Positions 14,404 to 28,228 of a stretch of 64,000 nt of DNA are shown piece by piece; position 1 is the first letter of the stretch, and each line of letters starts with the position of its first letter. The notes under the pieces are model-generated. The model was given only the letters and a program-made list of their open reading frames with translations. It was not told where the DNA came from and did not search any database. Position numbers and translations under genes: made by a program. The DNA comes from Paraspadella gotoi (taxonomy: Eukaryota; Animalia; Chaetognatha). Location: contig CM119269.1 of the NCBI GenBank assembly GCA_051294375.1, positions 22,307,808-22,371,807 on the forward strand, read 5' to 3'.

Positions 14404-14899
14404 CAACCTCAACGCCTTGAATCGTTGGCTTCTCTTTGAGAAAAGAATTTATGATCGCGACAAAAATAAATCAAGTTTTCAAGATTGGAGAGCAGACGGT
14501 GGGAGAGAGAGAGAAAGAGAGAGTCACAAATCAGAGTGAGACAGAGACACTTTGACGCGATGGCAGAGAGAGAGGTTGGAGAGAGTGAGAGAGAGAAAAG
14601 GGATAAATTAAACTTTAAAAAGTGAAAGAATGAAAAATAGAGAAAATAGAGATTAAAGAATAAAAAACCTTGAAGAACAATCATATTTATAGTAATCGGT
14701 GTAGTTCCAGTTGCTAAAAAGCAAAAGTATTAAAGCGTATTGCTTATTCAGTTTAATATTAAACAGTATAGCTTATTCAGTTTTATATTAAAGAGTATAG
14801 CTTATTCAGTTTTATATTTTAATCGTCAGTGATAAAACTTAAGGGAATGCATCTTTCATACAATTGAAACATTCTTTGAAACATAAGGCCACTTCATTA

Positions 14900-15050
14900 G
14901 CCAGGTGCTCTGGGAGTGAATAAACTAGACTGTGAGAGAGTCTTGATTGAAAGTTTGCCGGAACCTGCTATGTCATTATCTTGTAAGAGTGATGGAGGCC
15001 TTAAACCACCAAAGCCTGTTCAAAGTCAGGGGCAAGATAGCTTATTTTTT
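14900..15050 (+). repeat. ~150-bp dispersed repeat family copy
   Basis: Near-identical to 711-858. Confidence 0.85.
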
Positions 15051-15155
15051 AAATGAATGGATAATTGTTATATAGGTTTTACCGATTTCATTAAAAATAT
15101 ATCCAAATTACTAATTTAATCCTTTTTTTCATTTTTTAGGTCATCATATTCGACT

Positions 15156-16378
15156 ATGCCTCCCTCCTCCCATCTCTCCCACCTCATCCTCCTCCTCCTC
15201 CTCCTCCTCCTCCTCCCCTATCTGTCCTCCCCCGCCTCTCTCTCCCTCACCTCTCTCTCTCTCTCTTCCACCTCCGTCGACTTCATATTCGGTCAGTCGG
15301 TCTATCTCGACGAGAATTCGATTCCGAGGGAAAATCGAAAAACTTTGTCGATCGGAGAAGAAGGAAGTTTAGTGTCGATCACTGGCTACGTGGATCAATT
15401 GGAATTGAGAAATAGGATTGAGTGAGTGGAAAAAAAGAAAAGAGAAAAGAAAAGAAAAGAAAAGAAAAGACACGACAAGACAAACAAGACAAGACAAGAC
15501 AAGACAAGACAAGACAAGACAAGACAAGACAAGACAAAGACAAGAAAAAAGAAAAGAAAAGAAAAGAAAAAAAAGAAAAGAAAAAAAGAAAGACAAGACC
15601 AGGAAAGAAAGACAAGACAAGACAAGACAAAGACAAGACAAGACAAGACAAAGACAGACAAGACAAGACAAGACAAGACAAGACAAGACAAGATCGGTCC
15701 ATTCAATGTATTGCCCTGCAGTGAATTTCCCTGGGATCACATGACTACATGACTAGAAAATTTATGTATAACATACGTCTTATGGTTGATCACTACTGTA
15801 CAAAGTTTCATTTCAAACAACCAGACATAAGCTGCATTTATTCTGTGATCACGTGACTGTAGTTTTGGGAGGTCACGTGACTACACATTGTATGAAACAC
15901 TTGCACAAGAAGCATTTAGTGATGTCTAACCAGTCTGCCAAGTATTAACCAAAATTACTTTCTGAGCCCATGTATTTAAGACATGCACTGCATTGCAATT
16001 ACGTATTTTTTTCTTTTTTTTTTACTCCGTTAATTAGATTAATATTTAATAATCGAGAAACAACAGTTTCTCTCTCAAAAAATGATACCTTAATAAATAA
16101 TCAAAAAGTATCGTTTCTAAAAAGCTTTATCGAGAGATTAAAATCTTTAAAAATACTCAATAAAAAATTATTAGTCTTGACAGAATTCTAAATTGGTTTA
16201 GCAGCCATAATTGCCAAAAAAATTTTATTTCATCTGTGGGATTATAAAGTAAAGAATTTGAATGAATTCGTTCTTTATTGCCTTACATTTGGAACCTGGG
16301 TTTAAATAGAGGAAAATACTGGCACACTGCAATATGCAAATGAGTTTATAGCCTAAGAAAAAAGAAAGAAAGAAAGAG

Positions 16379-16417
<39 letters not shown>

Positions 16418-16418
16418 A

Positions 16419-16491
<73 letters not shown>

Positions 16492-18436
16492 TTAAATAAT
16501 ATCTCCCAATGCCCTCATTATTCAAAAAGGTACGTCCGTTACGAGAGTGAAATTCTCTACGATAAAGTTTTAGCGGAAAAAGGAGGATTTTTCTTTTACC
16601 TCAAAGACTTGACACCCGGGGCTCCTGACTACAGGACTTGGGTCTATCTCAACGGGACTCTGGATAGAGAGATCGTTGGGGACGAGTTCACTCTGGACGT
16701 AGTGGCGAGGTAAGGTCTTTGGGTGAGGGAAAGAGTAACTATTAAGTATTTGTTAAAATGTATTGTTTGCTTGTTTTGTCACTTAATTTAACGATAAATG
16801 ATTAGCTGAATGTGTTGTGTTAAATAGTAATAAAGATTTATGGTTCTCCCCCTCCGTTCCCTCCCTCATCCTCTCCTCTCCTCCCCTTCCTCCCCGCTCT
16901 CTCTCCTCGTCCTCGCCGCCTCTCTCCTACATCCTCTCGTCTTCTCTCTCCTCTTCCCCTTCTCATCTCGCTCTCTCCCCTCTCTACCCCTCGTCTCTCC
17001 TCTCTCCCCCTCTCTCTCCTCTCTCCCCCTCTCTTCCCCCTCTCTCCCTCCTCTCTCCACCTCGCTCTCTCCCGAGTTGGGTACGCAGTTGTCATGATCA
17101 GTCGAGTGTGTGCACGCAGGGTGCGGGGATAGTGACGAGGCACAGATGGCGTCTGACTTGTGGCTGCCACGTGATGGGGCAAAATGGTGGCAGTCGCGAA
17201 GCCGCCGACGGGCGGGATGGATTATGAGGTCGTTGTGTGTACCAGAATGAAAAGGCTCTGGACACAGTCGAGCATGGGACAGTGATATGTGTATTATCGC
17301 GATCCCCTCGGATGACATCTTGTTGTGACAGTCTTAGAAGTCGCAACGGTTACAGAAGTAGAATTCGGAGTACCGCGAGAGAGGTCTTTAAGGATCGGTT
17401 GCTCCTCGGTCCACGGGCAGTTTAGCAGTCTTGCGGCAATTTGATGTACAGATCTAACACAGCGCGAGGGATTGTCGTATGGTTCACTGCCAGAGTTGTC
17501 TGTATGAGTAGATTTGTATTTAGCCAGTGGGACAGTTAGCCATTTATGGTCGCGGATGTAGAAGCGTTGGTTAGTGAGGAGTTATATGGCCTGCTATTGC
17601 GGTGCGGGAATCAGCTTTCTCTCCTCGATGTAGAGGATTGGGATCACATTCTCTACGGATGAGCTCATATTGTGATCTATTGTAGTTGTGAAGATTGCGA
17701 GGACCTAAGTTGATTTCTGCAAGGTCCAGGAGTGAAGACGTCACCGTATCGATGCGTGTAGCGTGTGTCTCGGATCTGGCAGACGGGAGTGCTAAGGAGT
17801 TGGTGCGGCATGGCGCGAGTTCATGTTATTTAGACGAATGGTGAAATATGCGTCCGTGCTGGTTACGGTGCGCTAACGTATTGTGAGACGAAGGACTGAG
17901 GGTGCGCTCTGTGATACAGGTGCGTACTGGCAGTGAGCGAGTTACTGGTGTCGATTAGGGGTGCCGGCGGTGCTGACCCTCTATATTTTCCTTTGCGGTG
18001 TGATAACAGCGAATAAATACAGTGGGGCGATGGCAGTGACTTCAGCTGTCTGGTTGGGCAGTATGTAGAGGCGGTGATAACGTTGCATGTGAGGTCGCGC
18101 AGAAGTGCGAGTGTTGAGTGAATCGACTGGCCAGATGCGTCGGAGTTTGTTAGCTGATGCACCCTGACGTCGTGGGCGTTCGCGCAGTGTCCGTGCGACC
18201 GTCGTACTAGAGTGCAGCAGCGGCAGCATTGTACCAAATGATAACGGGAGAAGAGTGTTCCCCCTCTCTCGCCCCTCCTCTCCACCCTCATCTCCACCCC
18301 CTCTCCCCCCCTCCTGTCCCCCTCTCTCTCCCTCTCATTCTCCTCTCTCCCCCTCTCTCTCTCTCTCTCCCCTCTCTCTCTCCCACCTCTCTCTCCTCTC
18401 TCCCCTCTCTCTCCCTCTCTCTCTCCCTCTCTCCCC

Positions 18437-18467
<31 letters not shown>

Positions 18468-21400
18468 CTCCTCTCTCCTCTCCTCTCTCTCTCTCTCTCC
18501 TCTCCTCTCTTCTCTCTTCTCCTCTCTCTCGCTCTCTCTCCTCTCTCCCCCGTCTCCTCTCTCTCCTCTCTCCTCTCTCCCCTCTCTCTCCTTCTCTCTG
18601 CCTCTCTCTCTCTCTCTTCCCCTCTCTCCTCCCCCTCTCTCTCCCCTCTTCTCTCCCTCTTCTCCCCTCTCTCCCCTCTCTCTCTCTCCCTCTCCCCCTC
18701 TCTCCCCTCTTCTCTCTCCCTCTCTCCCCCTCTTCCTCTCCTCTCTCCCCCGCCTCTCTTCTCCTCTCTCCCCTCTCTCTCCTCTCTCCCCCCTCTCTCC
18801 CCCTCTCTCCCCCCTCTCTCTCCTCTCTCCCCCTCCTCCCCCTCTCTCTCCTCTCTCCTCTCCTCTCTCCCCTCTCTCCCCTCTCTCTCTCCTCTCCCTC
18901 CCCCTCTCCCTCCTCTTCTCCCCCCTCCTCTCCCTCTCTCTCTCTCCCTCTCTCCCCCTCACTCTCCCCTCTCTCCCCCCTTCTCCCTCCCTCCTCTTCT
19001 CTCCCCTTCTCTCCTCTCGTCCCCTCTCTCTCCCCCCTCGCTCTCCCCCTCTCTCCCCCTCTCTCTCTTCTCCTCTCGTCCCCTCTCTCCCTCGTTCCCC
19101 TCTCCTCGCCTCTCTCCCCTCTCTCCCCTGCTCTCCCCTCGTCTCCCCCTCTCTCTCCCCCGCCTCTCCCCCTCTCTCCCCCTCTCCTCTCCTCTTCTCG
19201 CCTCTCTCTCCCTCTCTCCCTCCGTCTCTCTCTCCTCTCTCTCCTCTCTCCCCCTCTCTCCCCTCTCTCCCCCTCTCTTCCCCCTCTCTCCCCTCTCTCC
19301 GCCCTCTTTCCCCCTCTCTCTCTCTCCTCTCCTCCCCTCTTCCCCTCTCTCCCCCTCTCTCACCCCTCTCTCTTACCCTCTCCCCTCTCTCCTCTCTCCC
19401 CTCTCTCTCCCCTCTCCGTCTCTCTCTCTCCCTTCTCCCCCTCTCTCCCCCTCTCCCCCTCTCTCCCCTCCTCCCCCTCAGATATAAACTCTACAACGAA
19501 ACCGAGAGAACGCAAAACGAACGCGTCAAAGTTTACATCAGAGATCGAAACGACAATTCTGCCGCTCTGCGGCGTCGGCTGCCGGGGCTGCGTCGACGGC
19601 GTCGGTGGAGAACGGCACGGCGGTCGGTCGTCATCCACGGATTCCAAGCGCGTTCGTCGACGCCGATAAGAACGATTACGGGCGCGTCACGTATTCGGTC
19701 GTTCGCCTCGTGGGGCATTCAAGGAAGGAAGCTCCACGCGCGGTACAAGAGACAAGGGGGGAAGGAGTTGAGCATGAAATTGGTACAATAAATATAAAAA
19801 ATGATCTATTTGGTTGGTTTAAGAGCCTCCATCACTCTTACAAGAATAATGACATAGCAGGTCCCTGCAAGATTTCAATCAAGACTCTCACGTCGAGTTT
19901 ATTCACTCCCTGAGTACCGGCTTCCCTATATAAAGTGGTATGATATTTAAAAGAATGGTTCAATTGTATATTGGTTAAATAATTAAATATTAAAACTAAT
20001 GAATAAATCGTTATATGTTTAGACTTCATAACTTGTATTAAGCTAAATAGGTCTTAAAGAAATTAATTACGCATTTTGTTGGTGTTCGATTCGCCGTCGT
20101 TATCTTATTTATCGATCCCTCGTTCCCGTCAGTGACGTCATTGCTGTCACTCTTTAACATCAATCGGATCCCTAATTTTAAAATCACCATCCCAATCCCC
20201 ATCCCCTTCCCCTTCCCAATCACCATCTCAATCCCCATCCCCTTCCCCCTTCCCAATCCCCATCCCATCCCCATCCCTCACCCTCCATCACCATCCGCCA
20301 TCTCAATACCCATCCTTCCAATCCCCATTCCCCATCTCAATCCCCATCACCATCTCAATCCCCATCACCATCACCATCCCCTTTTCAATCCCATCCCCAT
20401 CCCAATCCCATCCCAATCCAACAATCCAATCCCCATCCCCATTTTGATCAATCACCTAGAGCAGTCATGCCCTGTCAATCTCAATCCCTAGAGCAGTATC
20501 GACTGCCCTGTCAATCTCAATCTCAATCCCTAGAGCAGTCATGCCCTGTCAATCTCAATCCCTAGAGCAGTCATGCCCTGTCAATCTCAATCCCTAAGGC
20601 AGTCATGCCTGTCAATCTCAATCCCTAGAGCAGTCATGCCCTGTAATCTCAATCTAGAGCAGTCATGCCCTGTCAATCTCAATCCCTAGAGCAGTCATGC
20701 CCTGTCAATCTCAATCCCTAGAGAAGTCATGCCCTGTCAATCTCAATCCCTAGAGCAGTCATGCCCTGTCAATCTCAATCCTAGAGCAGTGTAGCCGCTG
20801 TTAATCTCAAATCCCTAGAGCAGTCATGCCCTGTTAATCTCAATCCCTAAGAGCAGTCATGCCCTGTTAATCTCAATCCTAGAGCAGTCATGCCTGTTAA
20901 TCTCAATCCCTAGAGCAGTCATGCCTGTCAATCTCAAATCCCTAGAGCAAGTCATGCCCTGTCAATCTCAATCCCTAAGAGCAGTCATGCCCTGTCAATT
21001 CTGCAATTCCCTAGAGCAAGTCATGCCCTGTCAATCTCAATCTCTTTCCCGTATTTTTTCAATCCCTAGTTTCCATCAATCTTAACATTTTTTTGATTCT
21101 TAATTCCTAATCAATTTTAACCCCATCCAAATTTTATCAATCCCGAGTTCAATGTTAATCTCATCATTAATGTTTATCTTAATAAATACCTAAATTCCCG
21201 ACGACCCTGACGCCATCTCCGATTTTATTGATCCCAAGTTCCGCGTCGATCCAAGCGTCATATCGATCGACGCCAACAGCGGACAAATGAACAACAGCGG
21301 AGATTTGGACAGAGAAAACTTTGCGACTTTGATTGTAGAAATCGAAGCGAAAGATGGAGACCCAGACCCTAATGGAGTTAGGAGAACGTTACAAGTAAAA

Positions 21401-21913
21401 TATGAATGAATAGCTTTCTTACTTTGAATGTTATTGACAAATTTTAGTGCAATTATGTTTAACCTAATTTAAAGTTATTCATTCATTTACGACTTAAAAT
21501 CATTGCTTTTCTGCTCCTCATCTTTTGAAACCAACAGCAGAAAAATCAATAAATCAATAAATCAATAAATATATCAATAAATCAATAAATAAATCAATAA
21601 ATCAATAAATAAATCAATAAATAACCCCCAAACCCCTAACTCGACTCCCCCCTTAAAAACCCCTCCCCCCAGAACTTCACCCTCGTCATCAAAGACGTCA
21701 ACGACCACGCCCCCTTCTTCCTCGTGACGTCTCCGCTCATCGTCTCAGTCCCCGAAGACGCCGTCAAACCGGACGCGCGTGCGCGTCGCTTCCGGTCGAG
21801 ACGAAGACATCGACGCCAACGGAAAAATCGTTTTGAGTTTGGATCGTGACGAAGATTTTGAGATAGAAGTGATAAGAAGAGAAGAGGGGAAGTAGTGGCG
21901 CATTTAGTGGGTA

Positions 21914-22009
<96 letters not shown>

Positions 22010-24191
22010 CTTGATTGATTATAAGTAATGAATTAATTATAAATCAATAAATATAATATTTTACTCACAAACCCAAATCAATCAAACTTTAAATTACTGT
22101 AATCTATATTAGATCAATAATTCCATAAAAATGAATCGATCAATCCATGAATCGATCAATCAATCAATCAATCATTCCATCAATAATTTAATGAATAATA
22201 TTTATTAAAAATAGTTCATTCAACGATGGATCAATCATCAATCATCAATCATCAAACCAAAAAACGAATCAATCGATACAATAATTAAATCAATCAATCA
22301 ATCAATCAATTAATTAAATCAAATCAATCAAATGATCCCCTTTAAATCCCTGCCCCCATTCCCCACCCATCAAGTCCGTTCCAAACTGGACTACGAATCG
22401 ACCCCGATATACAACTTGACGGCCAAAGCTCGCGACTCTTCGCCGCCATTTTATTCCGCGACTCTCGACATCCGGGTCTTTATCGAGGATGTAAACGACG
22501 CCGGGCCGAGTTTCGTCGACGCCGGCGTCTTCGGCGTCGACAGAGACGCCGGGAAGGGGGCGTTGGTGGGCGTGGTGGAGATAGAAGACAAGGACGGGTG
22601 GGTTTGGAGCGATGGTGGTTTGGAGCGATGGTGGGTTTTTTTTTTACGAATATGATGTGAGGCGAAATTGGTTGGTGTACAATTTAAATTTTTTAATGAT
22701 TTAACTAAACTCTCTGACTCCAATATGTAACTTATTGAATATCCATTCATTCTATATTTTAACTAAATTGCCAAGTACCAGGTACTCTGGGAGTGAATAA
22801 ACGAGACTGTGAGAGAGTCTGTGAGACTGTGAGACTGAGACTGTGAGAGAGTCTTCACTGAAAGCTTGAAGAGTCATGATATTTAATAATTTGTAAGTGA
22901 TGTCAGGGTGATGTGATGTGATGTCCAAAGTCAGGGGAAAATATAATGGGGATGAATAATTAATTTCGGTTTAATGACTGTTGCACATCTTCAACATCAA
23001 AAAACAACATCACTCAACCATCCCTCTCTTACCCCATCCCCTTCTCCAGCACCCCGCCTTACAACATCACTTTCTACGAACCCGGTGACTTGGCTGGAGT
23101 CTTTCAACTTTTGCCCGGAGATTCCAATGAGACGAGACGTTTCGTAGTCAAGGTTCATCATCGCTACTTATAATTTCGATTCCTCGCCACTTCTAAATTT
23201 TTTTAGTTTTCTCGTCATTTATAAACTTTGTTAGAATCTAAATCTTGGGCTTTATTCACCCAAAGCGGCCCCATTTCATTTTAAATTGAGGTTAGGGTGA
23301 GCGATTAGGGTTGGTTTAGAGATTGGGTTAGAGATTGGGTTAGAGACTGGGTTAGTGATTGGGTTTTAGGTTTGGTAATAGATTAAAGTTGAATTCGGGA
23401 ATTAAAGAATTTTGGATAAAAAGCCCAATTTTTTTATTTTAATTAAATCCTTATTGAATTGAACATGAAAAAATAATAAATAAATTAATCTTCAAACTAT
23501 CAATACTTCTAATTTATATTATTTAACTAATCTTTTATTTCATTTTAAAATAGACCGACCAAGGCTTTCCTCGAACTCTCGAACGAACGAACAGCATCAA
23601 ATTTCGCGCCTGTGATTCTGGAGGAAAAAGTTCAGGACCTTTGTGTACTGAGGAAGTTAAGACAGTCACTGTCTACCCCCCGGGTCCCATTGCGGTAAGA
23701 AAAGAGCAGGGAGACAGACAGATAGATAGATAGACAGAGAGAGTCTAAAAATATGAATTGTTAAGAGAAAGAGATGAACATAGAACGACATAATAACAAA
23801 TGGCTGGACAGAAAGAAAAAAGACAAAAGTTTTAAACAGACAGTTTGACAAACAAACCGATAAAGTAAAGGAAGATAGAAGGATAAAAAAACCAGACAGA
23901 AAATTCGAATAATGAAAGAAAAGGAGAGACTAATTAAGGGGCAGAATAATAGAAAGATAGAAATATCAGACAGACAGATTGACCGATAGAAACGCTGTCT
24001 CTCTTTCTTTCTCAGATCGGCGCCATCTCCATCGGTTCCTTCATCGCTCTCCTGGTGGCGCTGCTCATCCTCATCCTTCTCTGCTGTTTGGTGGCGCTGC
24101 TGTGTTGGCGCCGAAGAGAAAAAAAAGAGCATCTGATAGATGATGGGATCGCGCACGAAGTCAATTACTGTTACGTGGAAGAGGGTGAGTT

Positions 24192-24287
<96 letters not shown>

Positions 24288-26992
24288 GAGATGAGAAGAG
24301 AAGAGATGAAAGAGAAGAGAGAAGAAGAGAATTTGATAGATAATGAAATATTCAACGTAAAGACTAACAAGCCTCATCGCTATTTAAATACCTAAACAAT
24401 AATTTTATCTGGTTTATTATCACAGTCAGCAAAAAGATAGAACAAAGATGCATAACGCATTAAAAAGAAACGAAATTAATTAAACTAAGACTCGAAACAG
24501 CAATTTATCTCATCAAATTCGATCGAGATTCAAAAAAACAAAAAAACTCATCGACATTTCTCCTTCTTGGCTTCGGTCCTCAACGGCGCATGCTGCAGAA
24601 CCGTCGCCGGTCTCCATTGGCCTAAAAGTTCCACCAACACTCTTTGTCCGGCTTCCGTCAGATGGAGAGGGAGATAAGCGAAGCAGAGGCTTTTCTGGGT
24701 CATGTGACCAAAAGCCCCGGACGTCACGTGACCGACGACTCGATCCTCGAACCAAACGGATTCGAACCCGTGACAATCTGGACCGTTTCTAAGGAGGGCG
24801 AGTAACATTTGTAAAATATTTTTCTCTTTTTTCCATTATCATATCTCTTTTTCCATTATAATTTCCGTTTCCTTTTTCACTTTTTAATTGCCCTTTTTCA
24901 TTTTAATTTTCCATTTTCATATTATATTTCCCTTTCAGATTTTCCCTTTACATTTCCCTTTTTTATTTCCATTTCCGTATTTTATCCTTCTTCACTTTTC
25001 ACCTGAATTCGGTTCGACTTCCATCATAACCAGTTTTCTCTTTAATCCTGCGTCAAGGATTTTTTTTAACGCAGATTTTCCTGAAATATTTTTTAAATTT
25101 ACAAATGATTAAATTTGTGTCTTCCCCCACAACCACCCGCAACCCAAGACCCACTTCCCCGACCCCAGCCCTTCTCACTCACCCACAAACTCCGCCTTCT
25201 TCTCCATCATGACAAAATCCTCCAACCCGCCTTCAAATGGATTCGTATCCAAAGAGATGTCGAAGCCCGACCTCCTCAACCCTTTCTCCAGCCGCATCGA
25301 CTCCAGAGCCAAAGCCCCGAAGTCTCTCAGCCCGCCAAACTCCTCGCCCGCTTCCTTCAAGGCAAAGAAGACTTTCTCCGCGTCGGCGAAGGGGACGAGG
25401 ATCTCCCAGCCAAGTTCGCCCGTGTATGAGAGTCGAGTGGCTCGACAACGTATGCCGCCGCTGTCTCCGCCGATAACAACCCGCTTGGAGGTCATAAAGG
25501 GCCAACCCTTTGAGCTGACGTCGTCGGGGATCAGTTTGGAGAGAAGGTCCCGGGATCGAGGCCCGGCCAGACCGATGATGGCTAATTGATCGGTATGATT
25601 GACGAGTTCAACTCTCCAGGGGACAGTGGAGCCAGACAGTCTGCGGACGGATCCGAGGTGACCTCTGGCGAGCGTCTGCAGCCATCGAAGGGCGTGGCCT
25701 TCAGCTTTGGCGTCGGCGATGAGAAGAAATTCTGTGTCGTTGATGTTGATGATCGTGACTTCGGAATAGACTTTGCCCTGAAGGAATGTTTAAAGGGTTA
25801 ATGTTATTTACTAAAGATTTGAAGAGACAGTAATAATTGTTATGTGTTAATGACAGAACCGTTCAATGTAAGCAGTCCCTGAGCTTCGGATCAGGCTGTA
25901 ACACCATGTTACAGGCTGGTTAAGCGCCCCGTCCCTCTTAACTGCTAGGCGGTCACCGGGCTAGAACCCCGGACCTTTGGGTTGGGAGGCGAATGACTTG
26001 CCTCCGGCACCAACGGCCGCTGATGAACGGTTGGCGGATTTTAATCCATTATAGATTTAGATATTAATAATTTATAAAGCGATTCTTCTGACAGTTTGGG
26101 TTGATTCTAAATCAATTGGTCATCCATTTGGGAAAATATATCGGGCTTTACAAATTTTTCAAATAATTTTAAAAAAGTACACAGGTTAATACACTTTTTG
26201 ACAGTTTTCCACACATTTCGTGACAATTTTTAATAATTATTAGGATTTTTTTAACATTCTTCGCCTATTTTTGCCATCTTATAAATTTTTTAGTCAATTT
26301 TGAACATTTTTTAACAATAAACTTAGCAAAAAATTCTGAAATATAAACAAAATATTAAACTTTTACCATCGGCGTCAACATATGCGCGACTCTGCATTTT
26401 CCCGGCGCCGGAATCTTATTCCCAACGACGCCGTCGAGAAATTCCATCGCGTCGACGCCGACGACGCCGATTTTCGTCATCGGCGTCAAATCCACGACGC
26501 CGACGCCGGTGGTCACGTGACTGACTTCATCTCTCACGGCCTCGAACCAATTGTGACGCCGGAAAGAAGGCTCGAACCCGCGTGCCGTCTCGGTCGCGAA
26601 CCAATGCGGTCGTTCCCAGCCGGCGTGGAACCGGGTCTCGGCTCCGGCGGCCGATAAGACCCGGGCCAGGGGCGATCGCCGCCAAGTCGGTCGACCCGCG
26701 GGACGATCGTCCTCGGGCCAAACAATGCGGTTGTTGAAGCCGTAGCTATTGTTAATGAAACATAAATGATCGAAAATGATATTTATTTACATAATTTGAA
26801 TAAACAATAAGTAAATGATATGAAATAAATATATATAAATATATATTAATACATAAATAAATAAATAATTACGAAAAAGTTTGAAATAGTCAACAACGAT
26901 TTTATTTATACAATTAAAATCGTTGTTGAACTATTTCAAACTTTTTCCTAATTTACAACACAACAAAGAAAGGATTTCACATAATAATAATA

Positions 26993-27064
<72 letters not shown>

Positions 27065-28170
27065 GAAAAACATCGATTTGGGAAACAGTGCTAATTTTAT
27101 TTAGACCATGCATTCAAACCATTTAGCTGGTTCATTATTCAAGGCCAGAGAAATTGTGGTGAGGTAAAAAAATTATTTACAAATAAGAGAAGGTGAGAGG
27201 AAGAGGAGGAGACTCAGAGAGAGGAGAAAGAGAGAGAGAGAGAGAAACTTTCAACCAAAAAGGGATTAATCCCTCATTCCCCTCCCCCCCTTGTTCTTCG
27301 TCCGGGATGTAGGTGGTCCAGGATTGGCTTTCATGCATCTGTTTTCACGTATGCTCCTTTGTCTTCGTTGAGCCCTTTGCTGGTCCACAATCAAAATGAC
27401 GAATCCAAAGAGCTTCTTCCACTCTTAGATGGTGCTTGAGCATTCTTTGGTTTTTTGATCGTGGCTGAGAGATGATTTCAGGTTCCCAGATGAAAGGGGC
27501 ATCGCAATGCTCTCGATGTTGTGTCAAGCCGGAATGACGCCAATTACCCAACTCGGCTGCTCTTTTGTGTTCTGCCGTTCGAGTTTCAAAACTACAACAG
27601 CGTTTTCTCCAATGTATCGAGCCTTAGGAGAGCAAGAGCAATGAAAGCTATAGATTCCGCGTCCATTTTTTGGCGACGGCTTTGTTTTGTTTGGGGCGCA
27701 GAGGATGTTTGCCAGCGTCTGTCCGCTCCTGCTAAAGAGTGATGCTCCTGCCTTTTTAAAAGCTCTTTGCAGTTGTTGGGTGATACCTGGAAGGTATGGA
27801 AGTGTAGCATAAGGGCGGAGTTCATATTTTGTGTCGTTATGGAAAGGCAGTTCAGCAAAAAGGTTTGCTACAGTTGGTTGTTGTTGTGATCGTTGTAGTA
27901 CGTCTTGTTGTTGCTGTAGTTGTTTTCGGCTTTTATCTGATGGATGGTATTCATCAGTAATTTTTTGTAAAGTCTTTCTGAGTCTCCTCCTCTTCCTCTC
28001 ACCTTCTCTTATTTTTAAATAATTTTTTACCTCACCACAATTTCTCTGGCCTTGAATAATGAACCAGCTAAATGGTTTGAATGCATGGTCTAAATAAAAT
28101 TAGCACTGTTTCCCAAATCGATGTTTTTCTTTATCAAACTACTCGGTGCATGAGATGACACTTAACAATC

Positions 28171-28228
<58 letters not shown>

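Noticed and set aside
18229-19480. 520-aa and 410-aa Leu/Ser/Pro-rich ORFs
   Set aside because: These are translations of CT low-complexity intron DNA. Only the part from 19482 is a real cadherin exon.
20455-21045. CRISPR-like 32-bp repeat
   Set aside because: Head-to-tail tandem units with no unique spacers, no cas genes, and located in a eukaryotic intron.
25949-26020. Functional tRNA-Gly(CCC)
   Set aside because: The anticodon and D stems do not pair properly, so it is better explained as a SINE head.
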